Shown: positions 24,271-33,817 of the stretch, in pieces
Layout: every line of letters begins with the position of its first letter
Numbering within the stretch: the first letter of the stretch is position 1
Source: an uncultured virus (IMG/VR IMGVR_UViG_3300025617_000008)
Taxonomy: Duplodnaviria; Heunggongvirae; Uroviricota; Caudoviricetes
IMG/VR virus record: IMGVR_UViG_3300025617_000008
Length of the DNA stretch: 64,000 nt
Reading direction: 5' to 3' (one strand)
Notes under the pieces: generated by a model
Databases searched by the model: none
Seen by the model: only the letters and a program-made list of their open reading frames with translations
Told to the model about the DNA's origin: nothing
Made by a program: the position numbers and the translations under genes

Positions 24271-25642
24271 TACAAGTATTATAAAAATCTGTCAATTCGG
24301 GGAACGTTTCTAAAAAATTCGTTCCTCGTCTTTTATCATATTCATCAACAAACTTCCAAAAATCAACTCTGTTTTCCTTTAACCGTTCGCCTGTAAAACG
24401 ATTAGTCTCTACCCATTTAATAACACGCTCCCATTTTGTAACGTCTGTGTCATCGAAATAATGTGTATTGTAATTACGCTTATTCTTTTTTATAAAATCC
24501 AAGCTGTCATACATCACATCCAGGTGCTTATCTTCAAGGATCTGTAAACTTAAATGTTCAGGCTCTAATAAGTACGGAGTGTCTATTGTAAAGCGTTTGT
24601 GTGTAAGGGTGTTGTATTTGCGCTTCCACTCTAAGATCCGCGCTAGTAGACCCTTAAAACGGTGCACAGACATGAAATTAACGGTGATCATGAGTCCGCA
24701 TTGTGCGCTAGGTATCGCTTTCATAAATGTATCAACGTTCCTTTCCCAAAGTTCAATATCCATTCCGCCTCTGATATATTCTGCTTGCTTGCCCCATGTA
24801 TCAATGCTTGTAAATAATTGGAATCGGCCAATCTTTTTCTGCTGTGTTAATACAGTAACTTTGTCAATAAATTTATTAAGATTTCGTTGAGGGACACACA
24901 TATTGGTATTCACACTAAATTCTAAATTTGGATTTGGATTGTTTTCAATATATTCCATTACTTTAAAAACATTACTGCTTAATAGAGGTTCACCTCCTGT
25001 AATTCTAAAAGTACTTAAATTTGGATATACTTCAGGAAACCATTTCCAAAATGCTTCAATGTACGGATTGTCTTTTTCTTTATAAATCCAATCTTTTCTA
25101 TTCTTGTTATTAGCATGATACTGTCTATGATTACGTCTTTGCTGTAATGGATAATCACCAAACTTATTAAACTCGTTTTCCCAAGCACTACTAATACTTG
25201 GAGTACAGTAAGCACATTTCATCTGGCATTCGTTTCCAAAACTAACTTCTAAATACTTAGGAGCAACATTTGCGTCCCACGGCATTGACTTAATTTTTTT
25301 TACTGTACCTTTTTCAATTTCTTCAAATTCAGCACTGCGGAAATGTCTATCACTAAGTTCGCCTACATCTTCCAATGCCCAGCAATAACTACACTCAGGC
25401 GGGCGTTCGTCATTAAGCATCATTTTACGTTGTTCTTTTTTATATTTGCTATTATGTAACGCACTTGGGTTTTCTTTTAATTCTTCTAAACTAACTTTGT
25501 GCATACCTGGATGATAACAACTATGGTTATCACCTGTATGTAAATGAATACTTACATGATTCCACTTTGCTGTACAAAAACCTTTTCCGATTTCTGTAGC
25601 AATTTTTTTATATTTTTTGTTAGGATTAGGTTTCCAGAACAC
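24227..25642 (-). CDS. Radical SAM protein with N-terminal SPASM/twitch-like Cys region
   Basis: CQMKCAYC, ITGGEPLL, NTN, SID; N-terminal CTAKW...SCYH...ECSYCW. Confidence 0.85.
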   Translation of the reverse strand: MFWKPNPNKKYKKIATEIGKGFCTAKWNHVSIHLHTGDNHSCYHPGMHKVSLEELKENPSALHNSKYKKEQRKMMLNDERPPECSYCWALEDVGELSDRHFRSAEFEEIEKGTVKKIKSMPWDANVAPKYLEVSFGNECQMKCAYCTPSISSAWENEFNKFGDYPLQQRRNHRQYHANNKNRKDWIYKEKDNPYIEAFWKWFPEVYPNLSTFRITGGEPLLSSNVFKVMEYIENNPNPNLEFSVNTNMCVPQRNLNKFIDKVTVLTQQKKIGRFQLFTSIDTWGKQAEYIRGGMDIELWERNVDTFMKAIPSAQCGLMITVNFMSVHRFKGLLARILEWKRKYNTLTHKRFTIDTPYLLEPEHLSLQILEDKHLDVMYDSLDFIKKNKRNYNTHYFDDTDVTKWERVIKWVETNRFTGERLKENRVDFWKFVDEYDKRRGTNFLETFPELTDFYNTCIKESNPLPMEISQK

Positions 25643-26298
25643 TATTTTATTTCCTCAAACTTATTTTTAAGCCAATTAAAATTATTAATATTACTTAACT
25701 CTTTATTATTGTATCCATACTCTCTTCCGGCTAACGCACCAAGTTTAGCAAATTCACTAAACTCTACATTATTAAATTTCTCACACCAAGTAGTTAATCT
25801 ATATTCGTCATCTTGTTTATTTCTTAACTTTACTGTTCCGCTTGAAAGTTTTACACATTCTCTAAAAGCAGTTCTCCACGTATGAAAAGCAGTACTATTA
25901 AATCTATGTATATTGGTTACATAATTAATAGGTTCTATTTCAAATGCTGTAGTCATATCAATCGCACTATTATTAACAAACAATCTTCTATCAAAGATTT
26001 TGATGCCGCCGTGACCATATACTAAATCGTTAATAGGATTAATTGCTCTAAAAACAAATACTTTCTTTTCATCAGAAAGACTATCCAATACAGTTGAATA
26101 GGAGAAGTTATCTAATAATTTACAATCAGCATCTAATATCATAAATCGGTCAGTTAAACTTTTATTAGCACAAGTTGTATGACTTTCATGTATTCCGGCA
26201 GATGTTGTAAACTTTTTTAATGTTACAAGTTGTTCCTTAGCTATTTTAAAGTTTTCATTAGCATAAGGATCATCGTATACTAAGAACCATTTATCCAT
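25642..26298 (-). CDS. Glycosyltransferase-like protein (GT-A)
   Basis: ILDADC DxD; YGHGGIKIF and TWRTAFRECVKL shared with the upstream paralog. Confidence 0.6.
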   Translation of the reverse strand: MDKWFLVYDDPYANENFKIAKEQLVTLKKFTTSAGIHESHTTCANKSLTDRFMILDADCKLLDNFSYSTVLDSLSDEKKVFVFRAINPINDLVYGHGGIKIFDRRLFVNNSAIDMTTAFEIEPINYVTNIHRFNSTAFHTWRTAFRECVKLSSGTVKLRNKQDDEYRLTTWCEKFNNVEFSEFAKLGALAGREYGYNNKELSNINNFNWLKNKFEEIK

Positions 26299-27188
26299 AT
26301 CGGTTCCTTATTGTAATATGTATTTCCTAAATGAATTGCTTCGTCATATAACTCAATCATATGTAAACTTTGGTCAGCATCAAAATATGCCCAATGTAAT
26401 CCTAACTGTTGTTTAAGTTGACGACCATAACTATTGATCATTTCAACAATATCGTATTCATTTAAATCTTTTACTTTGTTATTATAAATTTTATCTAATT
26501 CTGAGAAATCACGTACATTAATATAATCCCAATCACTATACGACATACACGCTCCCATCCTTGCTCCTAATATAGCATAATTTCCATTATCAACATGACT
26601 GCCAACTGAACACCAAACTCTTAACCTATGTAAATTTTGCCAGTTTACTTTATTTTTAATTTCATTAACAGGTGGTAATATTCCTCTTACTGTTAGCATT
26701 TTAACACCTTCTCTAAATCCTGCTCTCCAGGCTTGGTGTGGTGTTTTGTTTATTACCGATGTACTAAATGCCTGTGGAAAGTTTTTATAGCCATTTTCCC
26801 AACAAAAGTCTACCTGTGCTGTATCATCTTCGGCCTGCTCATGTGTTTTCATATTAAGAACAAAATCTTTATTCCATATTTTCAATCCGCCGTTGCCGTA
26901 AGTTAAATTATTAACACTGTTCCTTCCACACCAACTATAACATGTTGTACCGGGAACATCTTTAATAGTAATATCTAAAAAATCTTGATCAACAATATTA
27001 TCGCCGTCTACACCTACAAACCATTCAGTATCACTTTGACGGGCGGCTTCTTTGTGAGCATTGTCGCTACCTTTTACACCATGTACACGTTTTGACCAAG
27101 GAACCAATTTTTTTAGTCTTGCCCAATTTTCTTCTGCGTTTGGCTCATCGTAGCTGATAAAAATAATATCTATGTCTTTAATTTTCAT
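26280..27188 (-). CDS. Glycosyltransferase-like protein (GT-A)
   Basis: IIFISYDEP, VDGDN DxD, YGNGGLKIW, AWRAGFREGVKM. Confidence 0.6.
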   Translation of the reverse strand: MKIKDIDIIFISYDEPNAEENWARLKKLVPWSKRVHGVKGSDNAHKEAARQSDTEWFVGVDGDNIVDQDFLDITIKDVPGTTCYSWCGRNSVNNLTYGNGGLKIWNKDFVLNMKTHEQAEDDTAQVDFCWENGYKNFPQAFSTSVINKTPHQAWRAGFREGVKMLTVRGILPPVNEIKNKVNWQNLHRLRVWCSVGSHVDNGNYAILGARMGACMSYSDWDYINVRDFSELDKIYNNKVKDLNEYDIVEMINSYGRQLKQQLGLHWAYFDADQSLHMIELYDEAIHLGNTYYNKEPIWINGS

Positions 27189-27712
27189 TGTATTGTATAT
27201 CCTGCTGAATTAAATATTTTCTTATAGTATAAAGAAAAATCAGTACTAAACAACTTTCTATAATCAATTTGATCAATCTCAAATACATTTTCTACATTTG
27301 TGTCACATTCAAAACTTTGATACAAATAATTTATGTTTGACTTTCTAGTTAGATATAAAAAGAATTTCCTTTCATCACTGTGTGACGAGTTAACTATTAA
27401 ATGAGGTCTACTATCAATACTTTTAATTATTATGTTAAGTTCACATTCTCGTTTCTTTGAAGGTATGCTAACTAGTTTTCCTCTAGTAGGATCTGTTTGT
27501 TTTTCTCTTTTAGCTAAATTAATTAAAGAAAGATCTTTACTTTCTACGTCTACCTTAATATGTGCTAACGCAAGTTTGCCGTTATCTACCATCTCAAATA
27601 GATAAGTAAATTCTTGTGTAACAGTTGCCGAATTGAGAGCAGGGTTACTATGCGACATAACTTTCGTGTATTCAAATATATTGCCAGCATCGTCATACAT
27701 AATTTTATACAT
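27185..27712 (-). CDS. Hypothetical protein
   Basis: 175 aa, overlaps both neighbours. Confidence 0.7.
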   Translation of the reverse strand: MYKIMYDDAGNIFEYTKVMSHSNPALNSATVTQEFTYLFEMVDNGKLALAHIKVDVESKDLSLINLAKREKQTDPTRGKLVSIPSKKRECELNIIIKSIDSRPHLIVNSSHSDERKFFLYLTRKSNINYLYQSFECDTNVENVFEIDQIDYRKLFSTDFSLYYKKIFNSAGYTIQ

Positions 27713-28550
27713 TTTTTATACCTTGTAAAAATAAAGAATCATAAATTTGAATCAATTCTTGTATTGGTAAATTCTTCTCAGAATAATGTACTATATCGTT
27801 TTGAGGGAATGTACCTACAGTAATATTACCCTTACTATCAAAATAATAACCTAAATCTGTTTCTATTGATTGTATATCAATATCTTGTAATTCAGATTTT
27901 AAGTGTACAAACTTTGGAAATGAAGTAATTGATGAGACTTCGTTCTCAATGCCTAATATTTTTACAGCAATGCTAAAAACTTCATCAGTACCTATGTCCT
28001 TGGGATATTTCTTATCCATATATAAATTCTTAAAGATATCTTTATTTGCTGTTATATGAGAAACTATCTTAAAAAAGTTTTGTGTTACATGACTGGATTT
28101 ATCAAAATATGTAAATCCACTATATAGTATTGGTAGATTATTTTCTTTATACCCAGGGCGACATTTTAAACTAGTAATCGGATTACCATTAAATTTTAAT
28201 ACATTTGTAGTAATAACTAGTCCGCTAGATTTATTAACAAAATAATCAATCCAATGACTAATGTCTCTTGTCATAATCATGTCAACATCTAAACATACTG
28301 TATACTCAAATGGAGATAAATTTAACATATTATTACGCTGATCCCACCCTTTAGTGTCATCTACATATTGTATTTTGTCATATATTAAAGTTCTACCAGT
28401 ATTGTACTTCTCATTATCAGTTATTAAACAAATCTGATCATACCCTGCTGGTTGCGTCTTCTTAATACTAGTGGCAAGAATATGTGCCATAGAATGGTAT
28501 AATCCATCTTTGTCATTATTAACAATTAACAAGTATCCAAAATTTTTCAT
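27705..28550 (-). CDS. Glycosyltransferase-like protein (GT-A, GT8-like)
   Basis: ICLITD, LSPFEYTVCLDVDM, YSGFTYF, TDEVFSIA, VHY. Confidence 0.65.
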   Translation of the reverse strand: MKNFGYLLIVNNDKDGLYHSMAHILATSIKKTQPAGYDQICLITDNEKYNTGRTLIYDKIQYVDDTKGWDQRNNMLNLSPFEYTVCLDVDMIMTRDISHWIDYFVNKSSGLVITTNVLKFNGNPITSLKCRPGYKENNLPILYSGFTYFDKSSHVTQNFFKIVSHITANKDIFKNLYMDKKYPKDIGTDEVFSIAVKILGIENEVSSITSFPKFVHLKSELQDIDIQSIETDLGYYFDSKGNITVGTFPQNDIVHYSEKNLPIQELIQIYDSLFLQGIKNV

Positions 28551-29308
28551 ACTAAATCCTTTTCGAAATCTAGTATAGTCTGTTTATTAAAAAAATGTAA
28601 GTCTGTGCCTTTAAACACACACGGAACATTATTAACAATACAAGTTATGCTATCATTATTAACTTTTATAATTTCGTCTTGCGGCAACACTAAAAAATTT
28701 ATCAAAGGTAAAGAATTTGATGTTTTAGCACCCTTTACAATATGTTCTGCTATAGTAAACGCATAGTCATTTCTAAAATTTCCTACTTTAAACCCATACA
28801 ATTCTTTATAAAAATTATAATTTTCTTTAACTAATTTTGCTTGATTAAAAATTGCTTGAGATATATCATCTTTCTTAAAATAAATTGTAGTTGCCCATTT
28901 CATTTGAAAGCCTGGCAATCTATCATAATTCGCACTTTCATGTAAATTAACAACATCAGAAGCCATTAGAAAACTATCGTCATTATCAAAGAATTGATTA
29001 AGCAAATTGCTATTAACAATATAATCAACATCGATTATAATAGTTTGGTCAAAAGGAGTAACTCGAAAAGCATCTAGTCTAGATGTATTATGAAAGTACT
29101 GTATCTTATTGTTTAAATTTCTTTTGTTGTCTTTTTCAATATCTATTTGAATTACATAATCAAATTCTGGCGAAGTAACAGGAGTATCAGTTACAAGAGC
29201 AACTGGTTTATTTAGATATTTCCTAATACGTTTTGCGCAAATTGATGCTAATCTAATGTAGTCAATTTCAGAGTTATTATGAGCAAACAGTAAGAATCCT
29301 TTAGACAT
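28547..29308 (-). CDS. Glycosyltransferase-like protein (GT-A, GT8-like)
   Basis: VALVTD, TPFDQTIIIDVDY, FRNDYAFTIA, LHFFNK. Confidence 0.65.
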   Translation of the reverse strand: MSKGFLLFAHNNSEIDYIRLASICAKRIRKYLNKPVALVTDTPVTSPEFDYVIQIDIEKDNKRNLNNKIQYFHNTSRLDAFRVTPFDQTIIIDVDYIVNSNLLNQFFDNDDSFLMASDVVNLHESANYDRLPGFQMKWATTIYFKKDDISQAIFNQAKLVKENYNFYKELYGFKVGNFRNDYAFTIAEHIVKGAKTSNSLPLINFLVLPQDEIIKVNNDSITCIVNNVPCVFKGTDLHFFNKQTILDFEKDLV

Positions 29309-29670
29309 CAGGACCCCAGATCTATATAATTTGCTACACTTCTTTTTAATCTGTTAAGTTCAGTAATATCAGTGTGGTAAACATCTAAAGCAGTATAGTA
29401 TGTATCTTGGATTTTTTTATGGAATTCATTTACATTGCTAATCAGTGTTGGTAAATTATTAGAATCTAAAACAACTTCATCTGAAGTCTTGCCAATTTGT
29501 AAAAGATAATTGATGTATGTTAAAAACGTCGAGTCTACTTTAAACAAGCCGCCGTTGTGTCCAATTATAGTATTGGATTCAAACCGCTCTTGTGCTCTAA
29601 GTTTTTGTACATTAAGTACTTTTAATTTATCTGAAACATCGATAATTTGTTGTACAGACTCTTTATTCAT
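29308..29670 (-). CDS. Hypothetical protein (possibly tail-assembly-chaperone-like)
   Basis: 120 aa, AAGGA RBS; HNGGLFKVD...LDSNNLP. Confidence 0.65.
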   Translation of the reverse strand: MNKESVQQIIDVSDKLKVLNVQKLRAQERFESNTIIGHNGGLFKVDSTFLTYINYLLQIGKTSDEVVLDSNNLPTLISNVNEFHKKIQDTYYTALDVYHTDITELNRLKRSVANYIDLGS

Positions 29671-29678
29671 AATAATAA

Positions 29679-29709
29679 TCCTTTAGCATATACTATTAGT
29701 TATGCTAAA
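29679..29709 (-). promoter_or_regulatory. Hairpin overlapping the RBS, with variant late core TAACTA
   Basis: Perfect 9-bp inverted repeat TTTAGCATA (29682-29690)/TATGCTAAA (29701-29709); SD AAGGA at 29679-29683 on the - strand. Confidence 0.5.
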
Positions 29710-29738
29710 AATATGCTACTATTATGATTATTGGCTTA

Positions 29739-30998
29739 TTATGTCCAGCCGGTCTGTCTTGTTAATACATATTGATTAGGATTAGTGGCAAGCGGTACTG
29801 ATCCTGTTGAATATATAAACGAAATTTGAAGTGTTCTATCAATGTCAACCCTATTAGCAAATGTGTTAGCAGTAGAACTATCACTTAGTGATATTTTAAT
29901 ATACATGTCTTTCTGAAGTTGAACTTGTCTTGCTTGGATACGGATAGTGTGATCATCGTAAGAGGTATCATAAGGATTTGTTCCATATTCTTGATAGAAT
30001 ATTTCAGTGTTAGTGCCGTTAAGATCAAATGCTCCGATATCTGAAAAACTTCTTGGATCGGCTGCCAGACCCATCTGTGTTTTACCTTTAGCTCCCATAT
30101 AAATTGGAAAAACATCTGACATAAAATCTTTCCAAGCATCGTTAAGAGCGGCATTATTCTGACCTCCTGAGTTTCCAGGGTCAGAAGTAGTTATGTTAAG
30201 CATATCAATTTTAATCAACCCGCCTGTATTAAAATACTGTACAAAATCGTAACCGTCGGCGCTCGGCCATTGAATTCTAATTTCCAATTCTGTTAAGCCG
30301 TTCCAGACGCCTGTGGCAGATGTCGAGGCTGGCATAGGATAATCTAACTGAGCACTTTCGTTGTTGATATACTTGTATGTGTTTGCGTTTGTAGAAACTT
30401 CATAAAACGGATCAAATACACTGTAATAAATTTGATCTCCTCGTACCGGAACAGGGAGCTTAGTTGATTCTCCTCCCGGAAAAAATACTGTATCAAACGG
30501 TGGTGACCCTGTAATATGTGTTACCACTTTCGATAAATCTGCTCTTAAGTTGTTAAATTGATTAGCACTAATATAGTATTGAACTGCTTCTGCCGTATCG
30601 CCAAGTTGCCATGCTGGATAACTAAATGTATTAAAATCTACAATTACCCGATCGGAAACAGTAGCATCAATCACTGTCGCAAAATTATTTAGAATACCTT
30701 CTCCGGCCCACGCATTACTAAAATTAGTAAAGAAGATAACTTCGCCCTGAGTCAAATAGTGGTCGCTTGAGAATGTAACTGTTGCCTGTGCGGAAGAAGT
30801 AATGCTGATGATGTCTCGTGTAAATGGATAAGGTTTGCTTTGTACATCTTCTGCGGCAAGACCGTATCCTGTGCCCAGAACAAACACACCAGGACTTCCG
30901 GCAAATTCTTGAAGTGGTCCTAACTGTGCTTCGATTATCTGTTGAATCGTATCCCAGTCTGAATATAATATTGGGTCGTTTACTGCTGGTTTTGCCAT
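29739..30998 (-). CDS. Probable virion structural protein
   Basis: 419 aa, beta-rich, GAGGA RBS, late core upstream (31023-31028), adjacent to tail fibres. Confidence 0.65.
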   Translation of the reverse strand: MAKPAVNDPILYSDWDTIQQIIEAQLGPLQEFAGSPGVFVLGTGYGLAAEDVQSKPYPFTRDIISITSSAQATVTFSSDHYLTQGEVIFFTNFSNAWAGEGILNNFATVIDATVSDRVIVDFNTFSYPAWQLGDTAEAVQYYISANQFNNLRADLSKVVTHITGSPPFDTVFFPGGESTKLPVPVRGDQIYYSVFDPFYEVSTNANTYKYINNESAQLDYPMPASTSATGVWNGLTELEIRIQWPSADGYDFVQYFNTGGLIKIDMLNITTSDPGNSGGQNNAALNDAWKDFMSDVFPIYMGAKGKTQMGLAADPRSFSDIGAFDLNGTNTEIFYQEYGTNPYDTSYDDHTIRIQARQVQLQKDMYIKISLSDSSTANTFANRVDIDRTLQISFIYSTGSVPLATNPNQYVLTRQTGWT

Positions 30999-31025
30999 TA
31001 ATTATTCCTCGTTATATGCGTATAT

Positions 31026-32831
31026 TTATACCTTAAGTACACACTCAACTAATTTTTCATTTTCATTAGAATCGCTTTCTAATGCTATGCCAACCATTTG
31101 ATAATGTAATAACACTGAAGAATACTTTGCAGTGCCATTTCCAGCTACATACACAGGTTGACCTTTTGTTACTGGTCCAATGATGCGCACCGGAACCCGG
31201 CCTTTTAGACCAATTGCTTGGCCGTCTATTTCACTGTTCATTAAGTATGCTGGTTCAGCTGATATAACACCTATCGGAAAACCATTTTCGATACATGATT
31301 CTGCTTCGTGACTTTCTTTTCCAATCATCATTACTGTTCCAATTGGATATTCTTGATCAGTAGTATACTTTTCCGCTAAGTCAGCATAGCGTGCAGCAGT
31401 TGCTACACCATTAAAAAATCTAGCATCAACATCTCCGCCGGCACCTCGAAGCACAATAGTATTTGGTGTTTTATTAACATCTAATACTTTTCCGTTTACG
31501 CTTTGTGTATCTGTTGATTGACCATCAAAAATTACAGCACTAATAGTACCTGTTGCCGATCTAATTGGAATAGTAGCAAATCCAGGCAAGTGTGTATTAG
31601 TTGGATCTAAGTTAGTTAATTTATTAGCAGAAATTGCTTCTCTAGACTGTCCATCAAGTGAACCAACAAACTGTCCTGTAAATTTCTGTGCTGTAAATTC
31701 TCTCGTTGCTTGATCAAAAATCTTAATAGATGTTGACGGACTTGTTTGAGCATACAGATCACCTGTAACATTACCAATTAAGTCGCCGTGTACATCTCCT
31801 ACTAGTTCGCCTTTCAAATTTTCAGCCCAAACAGTTTTAAATTTACGTGATTCAAGTCCTAAATTGACTAGTCCTGTTGTTCCTGGATAGATAGTATTGA
31901 AACTATCAGCATCTGTTACAAACGCTTGTTCTCTACTAAATGTTAAAAAATCTAATCTATCACTAGGCTGACTTGGATTGCTTGACGAAATAGTAATTTT
32001 ACCATTAACTTGGTTTTCAATCGCAGGGTTTTGATCACTATTAATATAAATTTTTAATGCTTTAATTGGATTTCCAACAGTAAAGCCTAAGTCAGCAAAT
32101 GATTGCTCTGTAGTAAATCCTTCTGTACCGTCTGTTCTTACAAATCTTGTTTGATCTAGGCCGCCAAGTTTTTCTGCGTTACTGGCTGTACCAAAAAATC
32201 TAAATCCAGCACTATCACTAATACCAGTTGTTCCATTAACACTGTTTAGTGTAATACCTTTCTTAATTTGTCTACCGGCTTCACTGAAACCTGCTAGTGT
32301 ATTATCATTACTTAAAGTAAAATCATCATCATTACTGAAAACGGCTGTAGTAATACCGCCAACCACAGCACGTAGAATAACATGTGATGTATTATTACTG
32401 TCTTTTACTACTTCGGTAACAATCTGAGAAGTACCAAATCCCGGTGCGCTTTGCGGTCCAATTAGAACAAAGTTAGAACCATTCCAAGCACTTAACTGAT
32501 TTGTTTGGCTATCAAACCAAAGATCACCTTGTGACAATCCTGTCGGTGGACTGGTGCCAATTTCAGCTCCACTTGCTGATCTAAAACGTCTACCATCATA
32601 AAATTTAAGTTTTAAGTTATCTGTATCAAACCAAACTTGACCAGTAATAGGTCTTTCAGGTTGAACACTGTTAGCAAAACTTTCAAGTAGATGTAAAAAG
32701 TTCTCGTTCTGTACTTCGCCATAGCCGCTATAGTTCCTTCCAACTAATTTAATATCAGTTGTAGTATCAATAGTACCGTCTGCTACGCTTACTAAAAATG
32801 TTCCGTTATATTTGTCTACTTGATATGCCAT
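31026..32831 (-). CDS. Tail fibre protein with C-terminal autoproteolytic chaperone-like domain
   Basis: Shared fibre N-terminus (LVGRNYSGYGEVQNENFL); ARYADLAEKY...GVISAEPAYLMN...GRVPVRIIG (peptidase G2-like). Confidence 0.8.
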   Translation of the reverse strand: MAYQVDKYNGTFLVSVADGTIDTTTDIKLVGRNYSGYGEVQNENFLHLLESFANSVQPERPITGQVWFDTDNLKLKFYDGRRFRSASGAEIGTSPPTGLSQGDLWFDSQTNQLSAWNGSNFVLIGPQSAPGFGTSQIVTEVVKDSNNTSHVILRAVVGGITTAVFSNDDDFTLSNDNTLAGFSEAGRQIKKGITLNSVNGTTGISDSAGFRFFGTASNAEKLGGLDQTRFVRTDGTEGFTTEQSFADLGFTVGNPIKALKIYINSDQNPAIENQVNGKITISSSNPSQPSDRLDFLTFSREQAFVTDADSFNTIYPGTTGLVNLGLESRKFKTVWAENLKGELVGDVHGDLIGNVTGDLYAQTSPSTSIKIFDQATREFTAQKFTGQFVGSLDGQSREAISANKLTNLDPTNTHLPGFATIPIRSATGTISAVIFDGQSTDTQSVNGKVLDVNKTPNTIVLRGAGGDVDARFFNGVATAARYADLAEKYTTDQEYPIGTVMMIGKESHEAESCIENGFPIGVISAEPAYLMNSEIDGQAIGLKGRVPVRIIGPVTKGQPVYVAGNGTAKYSSVLLHYQMVGIALESDSNENEKLVECVLKV

Positions 32832-32853
32832 GTTTTTCCCGCTCTATACGTAT

Positions 32854-33324
32854 TTATTCAAACGTCTTAACTGCGTTTGCTTGAACATCATCGTCTGCTT
32901 GTGATACAAATGTATATGCTTCACTATTTGAAGAATATGCTGTTACTTTCTCATCTAAATTTGCTTTTGCAGCATCAATAAATGCTTTCATTGCTGTAAA
33001 TGCTTCAGTATTAGTAATGTCTGATGCGTCTAACATTTCAATAATAATGTTTAACTGTTTATGAATAGGGTATTCTTCAAGTATCTTAACATTTGTATTA
33101 TATTTGAGTGTAGACTCAACAACTAGCGGTTTTTCAGTTTTGCTTTGAACACTGCCTGTATTGTAATCGCCTTGCCAATAATCGCCATTATCACTATCCA
33201 TAGTGACTGTTCTAATTTGGAACTTGTCACTGTCAATATAAGATGTATCTTGATCTTGATCCATCATGGCAACAAGAACACCATTAGACGTCATAAAGAT
33301 TAATTTTTTAGTTTCTACTGCCAT
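32854..33324 (-). CDS. Hypothetical protein, possible tail fibre assembly chaperone
   Basis: 156 aa between fibre genes; KILEEYPIHKQLNII. Confidence 0.6.
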   Translation of the reverse strand: MAVETKKLIFMTSNGVLVAMMDQDQDTSYIDSDKFQIRTVTMDSDNGDYWQGDYNTGSVQSKTEKPLVVESTLKYNTNVKILEEYPIHKQLNIIIEMLDASDITNTEAFTAMKAFIDAAKANLDEKVTAYSSNSEAYTFVSQADDDVQANAVKTFE

Positions 33325-33325
33325 A

Positions 33326-33817
33326 TTATACTCCCCAAGCCAGTACTAAACTGTACTTCGGCTTCTCATCTTTTCCTATTTCTGTTACTTCATGTTCTAA
33401 ATCAATTGGCATATCAACAACAGCACCCGGTTTTTCTTCAACCAAGTAACCATTTCCGTTATTGTCATACCATTTAAAGTGAGGTTTATCACTTTGTAGG
33501 AACACTAATTTAAATTTCCAATAACTGCCGATTGAATCTTTATGTCTTGGTAAAGAATCGCCCGGATCATATCTATTAAGTGTTATGCTTTCTACAAACG
33601 TTTTATCTTCTGGAATTGTTTTCCATATAGCGTCCATTAACTCATCTGGCATGTGAGTATGAAACATACTTTTCATATTGCTTATGCCGTACTTTGTTTT
33701 AAACTCAAACGCATCACCGTCAGCTCTCATTGAAAACTTGTCTGAATATTTTTCAGCCAACGCGACTATTTCATCTGGATTCGTACAATAATTTTCTATG
33801 AGACTAACCTGAGACAT
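33326..33817 (-). CDS. 2OG-Fe(II) oxygenase
   Basis: LNRYDPGDSLPRHKD (HxD), LEHEVTEI (distal H), KYSLV. Confidence 0.8.
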   Translation of the reverse strand: MSQVSLIENYCTNPDEIVALAEKYSDKFSMRADGDAFEFKTKYGISNMKSMFHTHMPDELMDAIWKTIPEDKTFVESITLNRYDPGDSLPRHKDSIGSYWKFKLVFLQSDKPHFKWYDNNGNGYLVEEKPGAVVDMPIDLEHEVTEIGKDEKPKYSLVLAWGV

